Source of the DNA: Felis catus
Taxonomy: Eukaryota
Assembly: GCF_018350175.1 (NCBI RefSeq)
Contig: NC_058368.1
Coordinates: forward strand, 163,682,001 to 163,746,000
Length of the DNA: 64,000 nt
Direction of reading: 5' to 3'
Position 1 is the stretch's first letter, and each line of letters begins with the position of its first letter. Below the pieces are notes generated by a model, which was given only the letters and a program-made list of their open reading frames with translations, was not told the DNA's origin and did not search any database. Of the stretch, positions 12,599 through 25,189 are shown piece by piece. The position numbers were made by a program, and so were the translations under genes.

Positions 12599-14042
12599 CT
12601 CATATTATTTAAAGTTTAAGATTTTTGGTATATTTCAGGTAACAGTGATGTGTGAAATTTATTTTTTCCAAGTATTTTCTCCCAGTCTGTGGCTTGTCTT
12701 TTCATTATCTTGACACTGCCTTTTGAAGAGCAGAAGTTTATACTCTTAATGAAGCTCAGCTTTTCAATTATTTCTCTGATGAATGATATCTAAAAAGTCA
12801 TAGCTTTACCCAAGGTCATCTAAGTTTTCTCCTGTGTTATCTTCTAAGAATTTTATAGTTTTATAGTTTTGTGTTTTACACTTAAATCTATAATTCATTC
12901 TGAGTTAACTTTTGTAAAGAGTGTGTGTCTAGATTCATTGTTTTGCATGTGAATATTCAATTATTCCAGCACCATTCATTGAAGAGACTCTCTTTGCTCC
13001 ACTATATTGCCTTTGCTCCTTTGTCAAAAATCGGTTTACTGTCATGCAGAAGTATGAAACTGGACCACTTTCTTATACCATACACAAAAACAAATTCAAA
13101 ATGGATGAAAGACCTACATGTGAGACAGGAAACTATCAAATTCCTAGAGGAGAAAATAGGCAGCAACCTTGGCTGAAGCATCTTCTTACTGGGCATGTCT
13201 CTGGAGGCAAGGGAAACAAAAGCAAAAATGAACTATTGGGACTTCATCTTCTGCACAGCAAAGGGACCAATCAACAAAACTAAAACGTAGCCTACAGAAT
13301 GGGAGAAGATATTTGCAAATGATAAAGATTTAGTATCCAAAATCCATAAAGAATTTGTCAAACTCAATACCCAGAAAACAAATAATCCAGTAAAGAAATG
13401 GACAGAAGACATGAATAGACATGTTTCTAAAGAAGACATACCAATGGCTAACAGATACATAAAGATATTCAGCATCACTCATCATCAGGGAAATACAAAT
13501 CGAAACTACAATGAGATATCACTTCACACATGTCAGAATGGCTAAAATTAACAAATTAGGAAAAAACAGATGTTGGTGAGGATGCAGAGAAAGGAGAACC
13601 CTCCTACATTGTTGGTGGGAATGCAAACTGGTGCAGTCACTCTGGGAAACAGTATGGAGGTTCCTCAAAAAGTTAAAAATAGAATATTCTACAACTCAAC
13701 CATTGCACAACTAGGTATTTACCCAAAGGATAAGAAAATACTGATTTGAAGGGTCACATGCATCCTAATGTTTATAACAGTGTCATCAACAATAGACAAA
13801 TTATAGAAAGAACCCAAATGTCCACTGACTAATGAATGGATAAAGAAGATGTGGTATCTCTCTGTCTCTCTTTATCCATCCATCCATCCATATACATACA
13901 ATGGAATATTTCTCAGCCATCAGAGAGAATGAAATCTTGCCATTTGTAACAACATGGGTGGAGCTAGAGTGTAAGCCAAGAAGTCAGGGAAAGACAAATA
14001 TCATTTAATTTCACTCATATGTGGAATTTAAGAAACAAAATG

Positions 14043-14266
14043 GGGGAGCGCCTGGGTGGCGCAGTCGGTTAAGCGTCCGACTTCAGCCAGGTCACGATCT
14101 CGCGGTCCGTGAGTTAGAGCCCCGCGTTAGGCTCTGGGCTGATGGCTCAGAGCCTGGAGCCTGTTTCCGATTCTGTGTCTCCCTCTCTCTCTGCCCCTTC
14201 CCCATTCATGCTCTGTCTCTCTCCGTCCCAAAAATAAATAAACGTTGAGAAAAAAAAAAAAAAAAA
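14043..14266 (+). mobile_element. Young feline CAN-SINE (SINEC_Fc-like)
   Basis: CpG-rich 'gcgcctgggtggcgcagtcggttaagcgtccgacttcagccaggtcacgatctcgcgg'; pure A tail. Confidence 0.97.
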
Positions 14267-14319
14267 CGGATGAACATAGGGGAAGGGTGGGGGAGAGAGA
14301 GGCAAATCATAAGAGACTC

Positions 14320-14486
14320 TTTTTTTCTTTTAACGTTTTTTGAGAGAGAGTGTGAGTGGAGGAGGGGCAGAGAGAGAAGGGGACAGAGAACCTGAAGCAG
14401 GTTCTGCACTGACAGCAGTGAGAACCATGAGATCATGACCTGAACCAAAGTCCTACGCTCAAGCGACTGGGCCACCGAGGTGCCCC
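14320..14486 (-). mobile_element. CAN-SINE with internal deletion
   Basis: Antisense SINE inside the L1 3'UTR; flanks gagactct / gagaccca. Confidence 0.9.
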
Positions 14487-15509
14487 AGGAGACCCATAAC
14501 TACAGAGAGCAAACTGAGGGTTGCTGGAGAAGAGGTGGATGGGGGTGCGCTAAATGGGTGATGGACATTAAGAACGGCACTTATTGTGATGAGCACTGGG
14601 TGTTATAAGGAATGAAACACTAAATTCTACTTCTGAAACCACTATTACACTATATGTTAGCCAACTAGAATTTAAATAAAAACTTGAAGGAAAAACAACA
14701 ACAAAAGACCAATTTGCTGTATTTATGTGGATTTATTTGTGAGCTCTTCATTCTTTATTCATTTATCTATTTGTCTATTGTTTAAAAATACCACACTGTT
14801 GTGATTATTGTGGCTTTTCAGTAAGTCTTAAAGTTGGGTAATGTTGATCTTACAATTTTGTTCTTCAACATTGGATTGGCTATCCTGAGATTTTTGGCTC
14901 TCCATATGCCCTTCAGAAGCAATTTTTTGACACCCACAGGTAATTTGCTGGAATTTTAATTGGAACTATGTTGAATCTATAGGCCAAGTTGGAATGACTG
15001 ATGTCTTGACCATATTGAGTCTTCCTATCTATGAACATGAAGTTTTTTTCCATTTATTTGTAAGTTCTTCTTTGATATCTTTCATCAGAGTTTAATAGTT
15101 TTTCTCTTTTGATCTTAGATACATTTTGTTGGATTGATACCTAAATATTTCCTCTTTTAGGGTGCTAATATAAGTGATACTGTGTTTTCAATGTCACATT
15201 CCACTTGTCAATTGTTGATGTATAGGCAAGTGATTGCCTTTTATTGTATTCTGTAACCTTGCTGTACTCACTTATTAGTGTCAGACGTTTTTGTTGTTGA
15301 TTTTTTGAGATCTTATACATAGATGATTGTGTCATTTGTGAAAAAAAATAGTTTAATTTCTTTCTTCCAAATTTGTATACCTTTTATTTCCTTTTATGGT
15401 CTTATTGCATTAGTTAGAACTTCTGGTATGATCTGAAAATGCATGGTGAGAAAGGAGTTTCTTGCCTTGTTTCTAATCTTAGCTGGAAAGATTCAAGTTT
15501 CCCATTATT

Positions 15510-15746
15510 TTTTTTAATTAATTTTTTTTTAAATGTTGATTTTTTTTTTTTGAGGGAGAGAGACAGAGCACGAGCAGGGGAGGGGCAGAGAGGGTGGGGG
15601 TGGGGGGGCGGGACACAGAATCCGAAGCAGGCTCCAGGCTGTGAGCTGTCAGCACAGAGCCTGACATGAAGCTCAAAACCATGGACCATGAGATCATGAC
15701 CTGAGCTGAAGTCAGAAGCTCAACCAACTGAGCTACCCAGGTGCCC
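15510..15746 (-). mobile_element. CAN-SINE
   Basis: TSD ttcaagtttcccattatt 15492-15509 / ttcaagtttctcattatt 15747-15764. Confidence 0.96.
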
Positions 15747-15784
15747 TTCAAGTTTCTCATTATTAAGTATGAGGCTGGTTCTAG

Positions 15785-15787
<3 letters not shown>

Positions 15788-15833
<46 letters not shown>
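15788..15833. repeat. (TG)n microsatellite
   Basis: Direct read. Confidence 0.98.
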
Positions 15834-15837
<4 letters not shown>

Positions 15838-17784
15838 GTAGATGTTCTTTATTAAGCTAAGGAAATTTCTCTCTAGTTTCAGTTTCTTGAGAGTTTTTAT
15901 CATGAATGGGTGTTGAATTTTGTCAAAACTTTTTTGTAACTATTAATATGATCATGTAATTTTTCCTCTTTAGCCTCTTGATGTGCTGGATTACTTTAAG
16001 TGATTTTTGAATGTTGAAACTGCTTTGTATTACCTGGGATAAATTCCACTTGGTTGTACTGCGTAATTCCTTTTATACATTGTTAGTTTCAATTTGCTAA
16101 TATTTTGTTGATTTTTGCATCTATATTCATGACAGGTATTGGTTTGTACTGTTTTTTTAATGTCTTTGTTTGATTTTGATGTTAGGATAATACTTACAGA
16201 ATGAGTTAGGAAGTATTCTCTCTTCTATCTTCCAGAAAAGATTGTAGAGAATTGCTATAATTTCTTTCTTAAATATTTGGTAAATTTCATCAGTGAAATC
16301 ATTGGGGCCTGGTACTTTCTGTGTGGAAGGTTATCATTATTTTTTTAATTTTTTAAAGTAGATATGGGACTATTCAAGCTGTCTGTTTATTCTTGTTTGA
16401 GTTTTGGTAGATTGTATCTTTCAAGGAATTTGTCCCTTTCATCTGGGTTATCAGGTTTGTGGGCACAGAGTTATTCACGATATTTCTTTATTACCCTTTT
16501 AAAAGTCCATGGGATAGTGATGTCCCCTATCTCATTACTTATATTAGTAATTGGTGTGTTTTCTCTCTTTTTTTCTAAGTTAGCCTGGCTAGAGGCTTAT
16601 TGATTATATTTATCTTTTGAAAGAATCAGCTTTGCATTTTGTTAATTTTCTTTAATGATTTCCTATTTTCATTGTATTCGATTTCTGCTTGCTTTGATTT
16701 TTTATTACTTTTACTTTGGATTTGATTTACTCTTTTCTAGTTTATCAAAGTAGAAACTAAGATGATTGGTTTTAGATATTTCTTTTCTTCTAATATATGT
16801 ATTCAATGCTATAAATGTCCCTGTAAGCAATACTTCCATTATATCTCACACATTTTAACAAGATGTTTTCATTTAGTTCAAAATAGTTTTCAATTTCTCT
16901 TGAGATTTCTCCTTTGACCCACGTGTTATTTAGAAGTGTATTGTTTAATCCTCAAGTATTTGGGAGATTTTACAACTATCTTCCTGTTACTGATTTCTAG
17001 TTTAATTCCGTTGCGGTCTGAGAGTATACATTACATCATATATTCTATTATTTTAAATTTAATAAGGTGTATTTTATGACTCAGAATGTAGTCTATCTTG
17101 GTGAATGTTCCATGTGGCCTTCAGAAGCATGTGTATTCTGTTGTTTGGTGAAGTAGTTTATAGATGTCAATTATATCCAATTGATTGATGGTGTTGTTGA
17201 GTTTAACTATGTTCTTATTGATTTTCTAGCTTCTGGATCTATTTTCTGATAGAAAGGTATTGATGTCTCCAACTATAATAGTGGATTCATCTATTTCTCC
17301 ATGTGGTTTTATCAGTTTTTGCCTCATGTATTTTGATGCTTTGTTGTTAGGCACACACGTTAAGGATTATTATGTTTTCTTGGAGTACTGACCCCTTACA
17401 ATTATGTAATGCTCCTCTTTATTTCTGACAACTTTATTTTCTCTGAAGTCTCTGTCTGAAATTGTGATTGTTCTTTATATTTTATTTTAATTAGTGTTAT
17501 GATGTTAAATCTTCCTTCATCTTCCTTCATCCATTTACTTTTAATCTACATGTGTCTTTATATTTAAATTGGGTTTCTTTTAGATAACATATAGTTAGGG
17601 TCTTGTTTTCTGATCCACTCTGATAATCTCTGTCTTTTATGTGGTGTATTTGGACCATTGACATTTAAAGTGATTATGGATGTAGTTGGATTAATATCTA
17701 CCTATTTGTTATTGTTCTCTATTTTTTCTTTTGTTCTTTGTTCTTGTTTTTGTTTCCCACATTTTTTCTGCCTTTTGCAGTTTT

Positions 17785-18007
17785 TTTTTAAAACTTTTTT
17801 TTTAACGTTTTATTTATTTTTGAGACAGAGAGAGACAGAGCATGAACGGGGGAGGGGCAGAGAGAGAGGGAGACACAGAATCGGAAGCAGGCTCCAGGCT
17901 CTGAGCTATCAGCCCAGAGCCCGACGCGGGGCTCGAACTCACGGACCGCGAGATCGTGACCTGAGCTGAAGTCGGACGCTTAACCGACTGAGCCACTCAG
18001 GCGCCCC
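17785..18007 (-). mobile_element. Young feline CAN-SINE
   Basis: CpGs retained; perfect 16-bp TSD tgccttttgcagtttt 17769-17784 / 18008-18023. Confidence 0.97.
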
Positions 18008-18217
18008 TGCCTTTTGCAGTTTTAAGTGAACATGATATGTGATTCAATTTTCTCTTTCTTAGCATATCAATTATACTTCTTTTTAATTTTTTTAGCAATT
18101 GCCCTAGAGTATATAATATACATTTACAACTAATTCAAGTCCACCTTCAAATAACACTGTACTACTTCATGGGTAGTATGAATACTTTATAATGACAAAA
18201 CCTCCCTAATCCTTTCA

Positions 18218-18240
18218 TTATATATACATATACACATACG

Positions 18241-18284
<44 letters not shown>

Positions 18285-18297
18285 CTATTATATATAT
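18218..18297. repeat. (TATACA)n / (TA)n repeat
   Basis: Direct read. Confidence 0.95.
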
Positions 18298-19738
18298 TAC
18301 ATGATTGTATATAACAGAATACATTGTTACTATGACTATTTTGAACAAATTGTTATTTGTTAGATCCATTAAGAATAAGGAAAGTTAAAGTCTTTATTTT
18401 ATCCTTATTCAGTTTTCAGTGACCTATATTGTTTTTCTTCTTTCTAAACAACTTCCTTTAAATTTTTTTAGCAGATCTACTGACAACAATTTCCCTCAAT
18501 TTTTGTGTATCTGAAAAAGTTTTTATTTATCTTTTACCTTTGAAGGTTAATTTCACAGGGTACAGAATTCCAGTATGTTGATGGCTTTTTTTCCTCTTAA
18601 CACTCTATTCTTGCTTATGTGGTTTTTGAGAAGATGGATATAATTTTTTTCTCCTTATTAGATAATTTTCTCCCCCTCTGGCTTCTTTCAAGATTTTAAA
18701 ATATCTTTGATTTTATGAAATTTGAATAATTTTTCATTTATTTTTGTATTTGTTTCTTTAATATTCATCCTGCTTCATGTTTCTAAACTTCTTGGGTCTA
18801 TAGTTTGGTGTCTGGCATTAATTTGGAGAAAATTCTTAGTCATTTGCTTCAGATATTGCTTCTGTTCCTTTCTCTATTTCTTCTCTTTCAGGTATTCCCA
18901 TTATATGTATGTTGTGTAACTGTCCACAGTTCTTAAATATTGTGTTCTGGGTTTTTTTTCTAGTCTTTTTTTTTTTTTTTTTTTTTTTTGCCTTTGCCTT
19001 TGCCTTTGCCTTTCTGTATTGGAAGTTCTATTGTCATATCACTAAGCTCAGATATTCTCTTCTTAGCTGTGCTTAGAATACTAATAAGCCCATCATAAGC
19101 ATTTTTTCATTTGTTACAATGTTTTGATCTGTAACATTTCTTTTTGATTCTTGGACTATTCATCTTTCTGCTTAAATTGTCCATCTGTTCTTGCATGTTG
19201 TCTACTTTTTCTATTAAATCCCTTTGCATATTAGTCACAGTTATGAAAAATCCCTCGTCTGTTAACTCCTGCCTTATCTGACTCTGGTTCTGATGCTTGC
19301 TCAATCTCTTCAAACATTTTTGCCTTTTACCATGCCTTATAATTTTTTGTTGAAAGGTGGACATGATGCACTGGGTGAAAGGTACTGCAGTAAATAGAAC
19401 TTTAGCAATGTAGTGGTCAGGTTTATGGGGAGGGAATAAACATTATAGTCCTCTGATTAGATCTCAATCTTTTGGTGAGTTTCTACCCGTGAGCTTTGAA
19501 CTTTACCAGTACTTTTTAGTCCTTCACTGCTTAGGTGTGACAGGTTGGCTAGAGAAGGCTGGAATTGGTATTTCTCTTACCCCAGGTAGGTTAGTTTCTA
19601 ATAAAATCTCAGCAGGCTAGGCTGTGGTGAAATAATTTCTCCTGAAAGCAAATCTTTTTTTTTTAAATAGTAATAGAATGTTCTGATGTATTTCAAGATG
19701 GTTCCTTTTCTTCTCTCTATGATGGAATTCTCTGAGGT

Positions 19739-19838
19739 ATGTATGTATATATATGTATATATACACACACACACATATATATGTATATATATATCTGTAT
19801 ATATATATACACGTATATATATAGTGTGTGTGTGTGTT

Positions 19839-19886
<48 letters not shown>
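19739..19886. repeat. Compound (TA)/(CA)/(TG) microsatellite
   Basis: Direct read. Confidence 0.97.
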
Positions 19887-19889
<3 letters not shown>

Positions 19890-20271
19890 CTAGTAAAGCT
19901 TCTGGAGGTAAAACTCACAAAGGTAGGTGGCCACCCCTCTAAAAACCCTGAAGTTTTTAAACTTTCAGTTGTCTACACTGAGTCTTCATCAGTCTGTCAA
20001 GTAAAGTCTAGGTTTCATATCCTTGCACTGGTTCTCTCAGAAGTTTCTGCTCTGGTAAGTTGTAATTTGTTGTGTCAACCTGGTTGTCTTTCCAATTTTG
20101 GAGCAACTGTTTGTCCTGTGACCTCATGGTGCTGATGGATCTAGGAAGAATTGTTGATTTTTCAATTTCCTCAGATTTTTATTTGTTAGGATGAAGTGGT
20201 GACTCTAAGTTTCTTATATCCTGGACCAGAAAACAGAAGTCTGCCTGAACTCTTAATAATCATTACGCCGC

Positions 20272-20491
20272 GGGGCACCTGGGTGGCTCAGTCGGTTGAG
20301 CGTCCGAGTTCGGCTCAGGTCATGATCTCGCAGTCTGTGAGTTCGAGCCCCACTTTGGGCTCTGTGCTGATAGCTCGGAGCCTGGAGCCTGCTTCAGATT
20401 CTGTGTCTCCCTCTCTCTCTGCCCCTCCCCTGCTCATGCTCTGTCTCTCTCTGTCTCAAAAATAAATAAAAACATTAAAAAAATTTAAAAA
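20272..20491 (+). mobile_element. CAN-SINE
   Basis: TSD aatcattacgcc 20258-20269 / aatcattatgcc 20492-20503. Confidence 0.96.
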
Positions 20492-20549
20492 AATCATTAT
20501 GCCCCATGTTTCCCCATTAACTACCGGTAGACTCGAATTCTGTGTGTGG

Positions 20550-21450
20550 TGTCTTAGCCTGAGTTATCTAAGAAGCAGAGTCTGAGCTAAAGTCTCATGT
20601 GTTCTTATTTTATTACAGACTTCAATCCCAGGGAACAAGGGGTAGGGCAAGGAGTGAAATAAGGAAAAAAAGGACAATGAATATGAGATGTGTTTTCAAA
20701 CTGGCCACTGCCTGGTATTGAGCCTCACTGACTATTAAGCTTCAAGAGATCTTTGAAAAGGCCATATAAATGATTACTTTTCAGAAAAATGTATGGGGTG
20801 GGGTGATAGTAAGACTTTATCTGCTGATTCAGTCTCCCATTCATTGCAGTTTTACTCCATGGTTTAACTCTTTTACCTGCACTTTTTAGATTGTCTATGT
20901 GTTGGCAAAATACAGTTCCATGGTGTCTTAATTTGGGTTCCCTTGAAATAAGAACCTGAATAAAGCATTGGGGTTCAGGTAAGTTTTTTGGAAGGTGAGC
21001 CCAGAATGCAAAAGTGGGAGAGTTGGGAGAAAGAGGGAAGAAGAAAAAGACAATATGAAGATGCTTTATTGAGGTCCCTGCTGTAAGCAGTAGAGGCTCT
21101 ATTCCACCAAGAAATATGAGAGGCAGTATGTATATTTCTCAGAATTGTTCATATATAGGATGGGAGGCTGGGGCATTTATCCACTGTCTCCCATCCCTTA
21201 TCATCTACTGAGAGCTACCTTGGGGGCTAGTAACTTTCTTCCCTTTCTGGGCAATGCTTACATGTAGACTGAAAAGACTTCTGGGATTTTGGAGAAGCCT
21301 TCTAGTTTGAAAAGAAAGTATTTGAGAAGTCAGCATGAACCTGAGCTTGTGTACAAGTGCCCACTGCAGAGGTGGGCTGAAGAATTGTGCCGTGGATTAT
21401 TAGATGCCTCCAAGAACAGAGAAGCCTTGGGGTAGATGGTCAGAGTAGTA
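20550..21450. mobile_element. Two adjacent or nested ancient ERVL-type LTRs (LTR16/LTR33-like)
   Basis: Two similar termini: 'tgtcttagcctgagttatctaagaagcagagtctgag' (20550) and 'tgtcttaatttgggttcccttgaaataagaacctga' (20923). Confidence 0.55.
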
Positions 21451-21790
21451 TTTCTTTTGTGAGATAGTGTGAAACTGGGCTTCCAAAATGGTGCCGACAT
21501 GCTGATTTTAAGTGGCTCACATTGTTTATATGGTCACTGGCTCTGTTAAAAATATTTGCCCAGGATTCCATATACCTTAGGGGGAGCCCTGCCACTGTGA
21601 AGCAGTTGGCTGATCTGCAGCTGGAACAGAAAAGTAAAAGTTAGAGGACTTACCGTGTCAAGCAGGAGGTAACTGATAGCCTAGGTTAGGGGTTTCTTCA
21701 GAAAAGTTTTTTACAGACGAGTTTAGAGTCTATGTTTTTCTATCCATAAAGAATAACATCTGTAAAAATTTTACGAGTGAGTCATCATCC

Positions 21791-22368
21791 TGTGGGGTGG
21801 ATTGGAAAATGTGGCTGCATTTTCATGCAGTCTTCTCATCATAGAATGTATCTTCCCTCCATTCAAAGTTGGAGTCTATTTCTCCACTCTTCTGAATCTA
21901 GACTAGCAGTCAACTTTTTCCTTAGTTTCTGGGTCTCTAAATCGGGAGGAATTACACTATTGGAGCTAGCCTGTGACTCCCATTGACCAAAAGAATTAAG
22001 TGGAAGTGAAATTGGGCAAATTCTGGGACCTAACTATCGAGACATTTTGTAGCTTCTGCCTTTACCCTCTCCACTGAGACCACCAGTGTAGAAAGCCAGT
22101 CTAGCCTACTGGTGGATGAGAGGCCATGTGGAGAAGAACCACATCCTAGCTGATGGCCAGCACCCATTCCTAGACATGTGAGTAGGCCCTTTATGGATCC
22201 TCCAGCCTGGCCACCCCATGAGTGAAATCACATGAGTGAGTCCAGGCAAAACCAGATCAGACTGCCCAACCAAGCCACAGAATCGTGAGAAAAACTAAGC
22301 AATTGTTGTTTAAAGACACTAAGTTTTAGATGGTTTGTTATATGGTAAAACAGGTAACTAATAGAACA
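21791..22368 (+). mobile_element. MaLR solo LTR (MLT1F/G-like)
   Basis: Motifs 'ggagtctatttctccac', 'gccagtctagcctactgg.ggatgagaggccatgtggag', 'ccacagaatcgtgaga', 'cactaagtttt..ggtttgttat'. Confidence 0.8.
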
Positions 22369-22874
22369 TGGCCCAAATCCTAAGTCTTTGGAAGCACTTT
22401 TCATGCCTCAAATAAATAAATGGCTAAATTAAATGAGGTGTAAGTTTGCAAATACTAATAGGGTCTCCTGGTGAGTTTTAGGGAATTCCTTTTCCATATT
22501 TAACCAATGAAAAAATCACAAATGAGGAGTCGCTTTTCTGTGCCAGAAAGTAAGCTTATGAAAATTATACCTCCATTAAACAAAAGGGTAAATAGTACTT
22601 TTAAGTAGTCTCTCTAACTACAAAGAGCAATTTATATGTATGGATTCTTTGCTTCTGGGAAAAGAATATCATCAGTTTAGTGACTGTTAGAATTTGTTTG
22701 TATAGATGGTACAATTTTGTACTCTGGTCTGATTCTAAATCTGGTCTGATTCTGTGCATCATAGTGTTAACTAGCATTTACTAAAAGGGCCTAAAGGAAT
22801 GGAGCTCTGTTGGCTGAGTAGGGACTGAGCTGTGCCGGTAGTGTTCTGAAGAGGTTCAGAAACTGACACTGACA

Positions 22875-23111
22875 GGAGCGCCTGGGTGGCTCAGTCAGTT
22901 AAGTGTCCGACTTCAGCTTGGGTCATGATCTCACGGTGCATGGTTTTAGGCCCCATGTTGGGCTCTGTGCTGACAGCTCAGAGCCTGGAGCCTGCTTCAG
23001 ATTCTGTGTCTCCCTCTCTCTCTGCCTCTCCTCCACTCACATTCTGTGTCTCTCTCTTTCTCAAAAATAAATGAGCATTAAAAAGATTAAAAAAAATTTT
23101 TTTAATTAAAA
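22875..23111 (+). mobile_element. CAN-SINE
   Basis: Diverged TSD agaaactgacactgac / agaaactggcaatgat. Confidence 0.95.
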
Positions 23112-23394
23112 AGAAACTGGCAATGATAGGAAAGAGGAGGAGAGACCCGAGAAAATAGATTCCTTATCTTTCTGGCTTTGCTTGGCTCTGTGATGTATAA
23201 AAAGCCAGAGATGCCACATTTTCTAATGATGGAGAGGAAATCTCACATCCTGCCTTGATAATTTGTAGAAGCAGAAATTTTAGTTTGGTTAAAAAATGGA
23301 AAAAGAGAGCTAATGGATTCTCCCAAGATCACTGATTAGAAGAAGTTAGAAATCTGGTTCTTTGACCAAGTGATACACTTGTGTTGAGATTATA

Positions 23395-23630
23395 CAAATC
23401 GGTAATGTGCATGGGCCAAATTTATGTACCTTCTAGTGTATTTTGTTTAGCCTACACTACGTAGAAACATGGTGTGTTGTAACAATTGTGCTTCATTATA
23501 AAAATACAAGACCTTTCGCACAAAAATGCATATTTTCAACATCTCTTGAAGATCAGATGATCTGGCCACAGCTGTAGGGTGAGGGATGGCACCCACTATA
23601 GACAGATCCCATATTCTTCAGCCAGCAGAG
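23395..23630. mobile_element. Ancient hAT-type DNA transposon relic
   Basis: 'caaaaatgcatattttcaacatctcttgaagatcagatgatctggccaca' resembles a Charlie-group MER; subfamily not determined. Confidence 0.45.
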
Positions 23631-23820
23631 CTTACTGTTTCACCTTATTACTCTTCTGGCTGTAGCATGTGCCAGGCTTTTTAGACTCATTGTGAAGGGG
23701 CAAGTATCCTGGTAATCTGGACTTAATTGACTGTTTAAACAACACCGAAAAAAACAATGCCTTGATTTTCCAAAAGTGGAAAATGATGAGAAAAAGTGAT
23801 CTACGCACGAATGTCCCTTT

Positions 23821-24037
23821 AAAAAAAAAATTAATGTTTGGTTATTTTTGAGAGAGAGACAGAGACAGAATGTGATTGGGGGAGGGGCAGAGAGAGAGGG
23901 AGACACAGAATCTGAAGCAGGCTCCAGGCTCTGAGCTGTCAGCACAGAGCCCAACCCAGGGCTCGGACCCATGAACCATGAGATCATGACCTGAGCTAAA
24001 GTCAGACACTTAACTGGCTGAGTCACCCAGATACCCC
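23821..24037 (-). mobile_element. CAN-SINE
   Basis: TSD cacgaatgtcccttt / cacggagtgtcccttt. Confidence 0.96.
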
Positions 24038-24771
24038 ACGGAGTGTCCCTTTTAAATCATTTTGACTACTAAAAAGGCCCCAGTTCAGGCAGAGGATCCA
24101 TAGGTTTAGATAAAATACCTTTAGGGAGTGCTTCACAGCTGATAAAGAGATGCTCCCAGCCTGACAAGAGCAAGAGAAGAGAGTCACTGGTTACTGGGAG
24201 TGAAAGAGGACCTGTGTTTTATTTTGGTGTTTCCTGAGACAAAAAGCTGCCCGCCAAGTCTGGGCAGAGAGAACCCTAGATAGCTCCCTTACAGAAGCAG
24301 AAAGACCTATAGACCTGTGGAAAAGGACATCATATACCTCATAGGCAACCTGTGTGAAAGCTGTGTGAGGACAGGCTATTCTAGTGTCCACCTTCTTCCC
24401 AATGCCTCGGCTTGGTAGAAGATATTAGAACTTTGACAGAACTCTAATAAAAGGAGAAGAGAACCCAAAAAGTACTAATATTAAGTTTTCCACAATCTCA
24501 GTGAAATAGTACTTGGAGTCAACGATTACTAATAGAAAATAGAGAGGTTATTTTTGTTGTTGTTTGTTTGTGTGTTTGTTTTTACATAGCTAGAATTGTG
24601 GACTAATATTCATGGTCATTATATTGTCAAAGAATATACATATTTTCAAGAGGTAAAAAATATATTCCAATAAGTACAGTTACCTTGTGTTTTCAAGATA
24701 TTATTGTTTTCATTGTTGTTGTTTTTGCCCTCTAACACTGTAAAGTTTATAAAATACATCCTGTGATTCTC

Positions 24772-24823
24772 CACTCAATATTAGAGTCATGATTGTGCAC
24801 TGAATATTAGAGTCATGATTGTG
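24772..24823. repeat. 26-bp tandem duplication
   Basis: cactcaatattagagtcatgattgtg / cactgaatattagagtcatgattgtg. Confidence 0.95.
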
Positions 24824-25189
24824 GGAGTTAATTGCCCTCACATGTGTTCAGTCATTCACTGCCAGCTCAGTGTCTTTGTTTTAAGAGCATCCTTATGTTT
24901 CTCCTTCCCACCAGCCAGAAATATTTCCAGTGCTGTGCACAGGTAATGGCTCTTTAAATTACCACTGTTCAGTCATCTTCCAGACAGGTTTTCTTCAAGA
25001 GTCAGCAAACAAGCAGGACCTTCAAGGACTGCACTCCAAATGAGTGGATCTACTTTGTATGGACAAAGTTTGCACTGGGAAGTGCTTTCTGTGGTTCCAG
25101 GGTTTATTTGGAGGCATTAAGATACACTGTTGTTCAATATTAAACCTTAGTTGAGAGTTCCAATGGAAATTTTATCAGTGTGACAACTG

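Larger units (their letters stand above)
13043..14701 (+). mobile_element. 5'-truncated carnivore L1 nested antisense in the ancient L1
   Basis: ORF2 C-terminal sequence ([21 protein letters not shown]), 3'UTR and A-rich tail; diverged TSD aaaatcggtttactgt / aagaccaatttgctgt; host L1 resumes at ~14720. Confidence 0.93.
11527..20240 (-). mobile_element. Near-full-length ancient L1 (L1MB/MC-type), interrupted by younger insertions
   Basis: T-rich antisense L1: 3'UTR at ~11.5 kb, decayed ORF2 to ~17.7 kb, ORF1-like remnant at 19107-19364 (TNMQRDLIEKVDNMQEQMDNLSR), 5' region to ~20.2 kb. Confidence 0.85.

Noticed and set aside
17658..17996. Recurring ORF family 'AQSVKRPTSAQVMIS...SLEPASDSVSPSLSAPP'
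   Set aside because: Chance reading frames of CAN-SINEs, not a protein family.
19598..20135. ORFs rich in CV/HT repeats (also near 31741, 34733, 47948, 57229)
   Set aside because: Translations of (TG)n/(CA)n microsatellites.
22723..22753. Short duplication tctggtctgattct x2 (similar ones near 17511 and 26330)
   Set aside because: Ordinary small slippage duplications.
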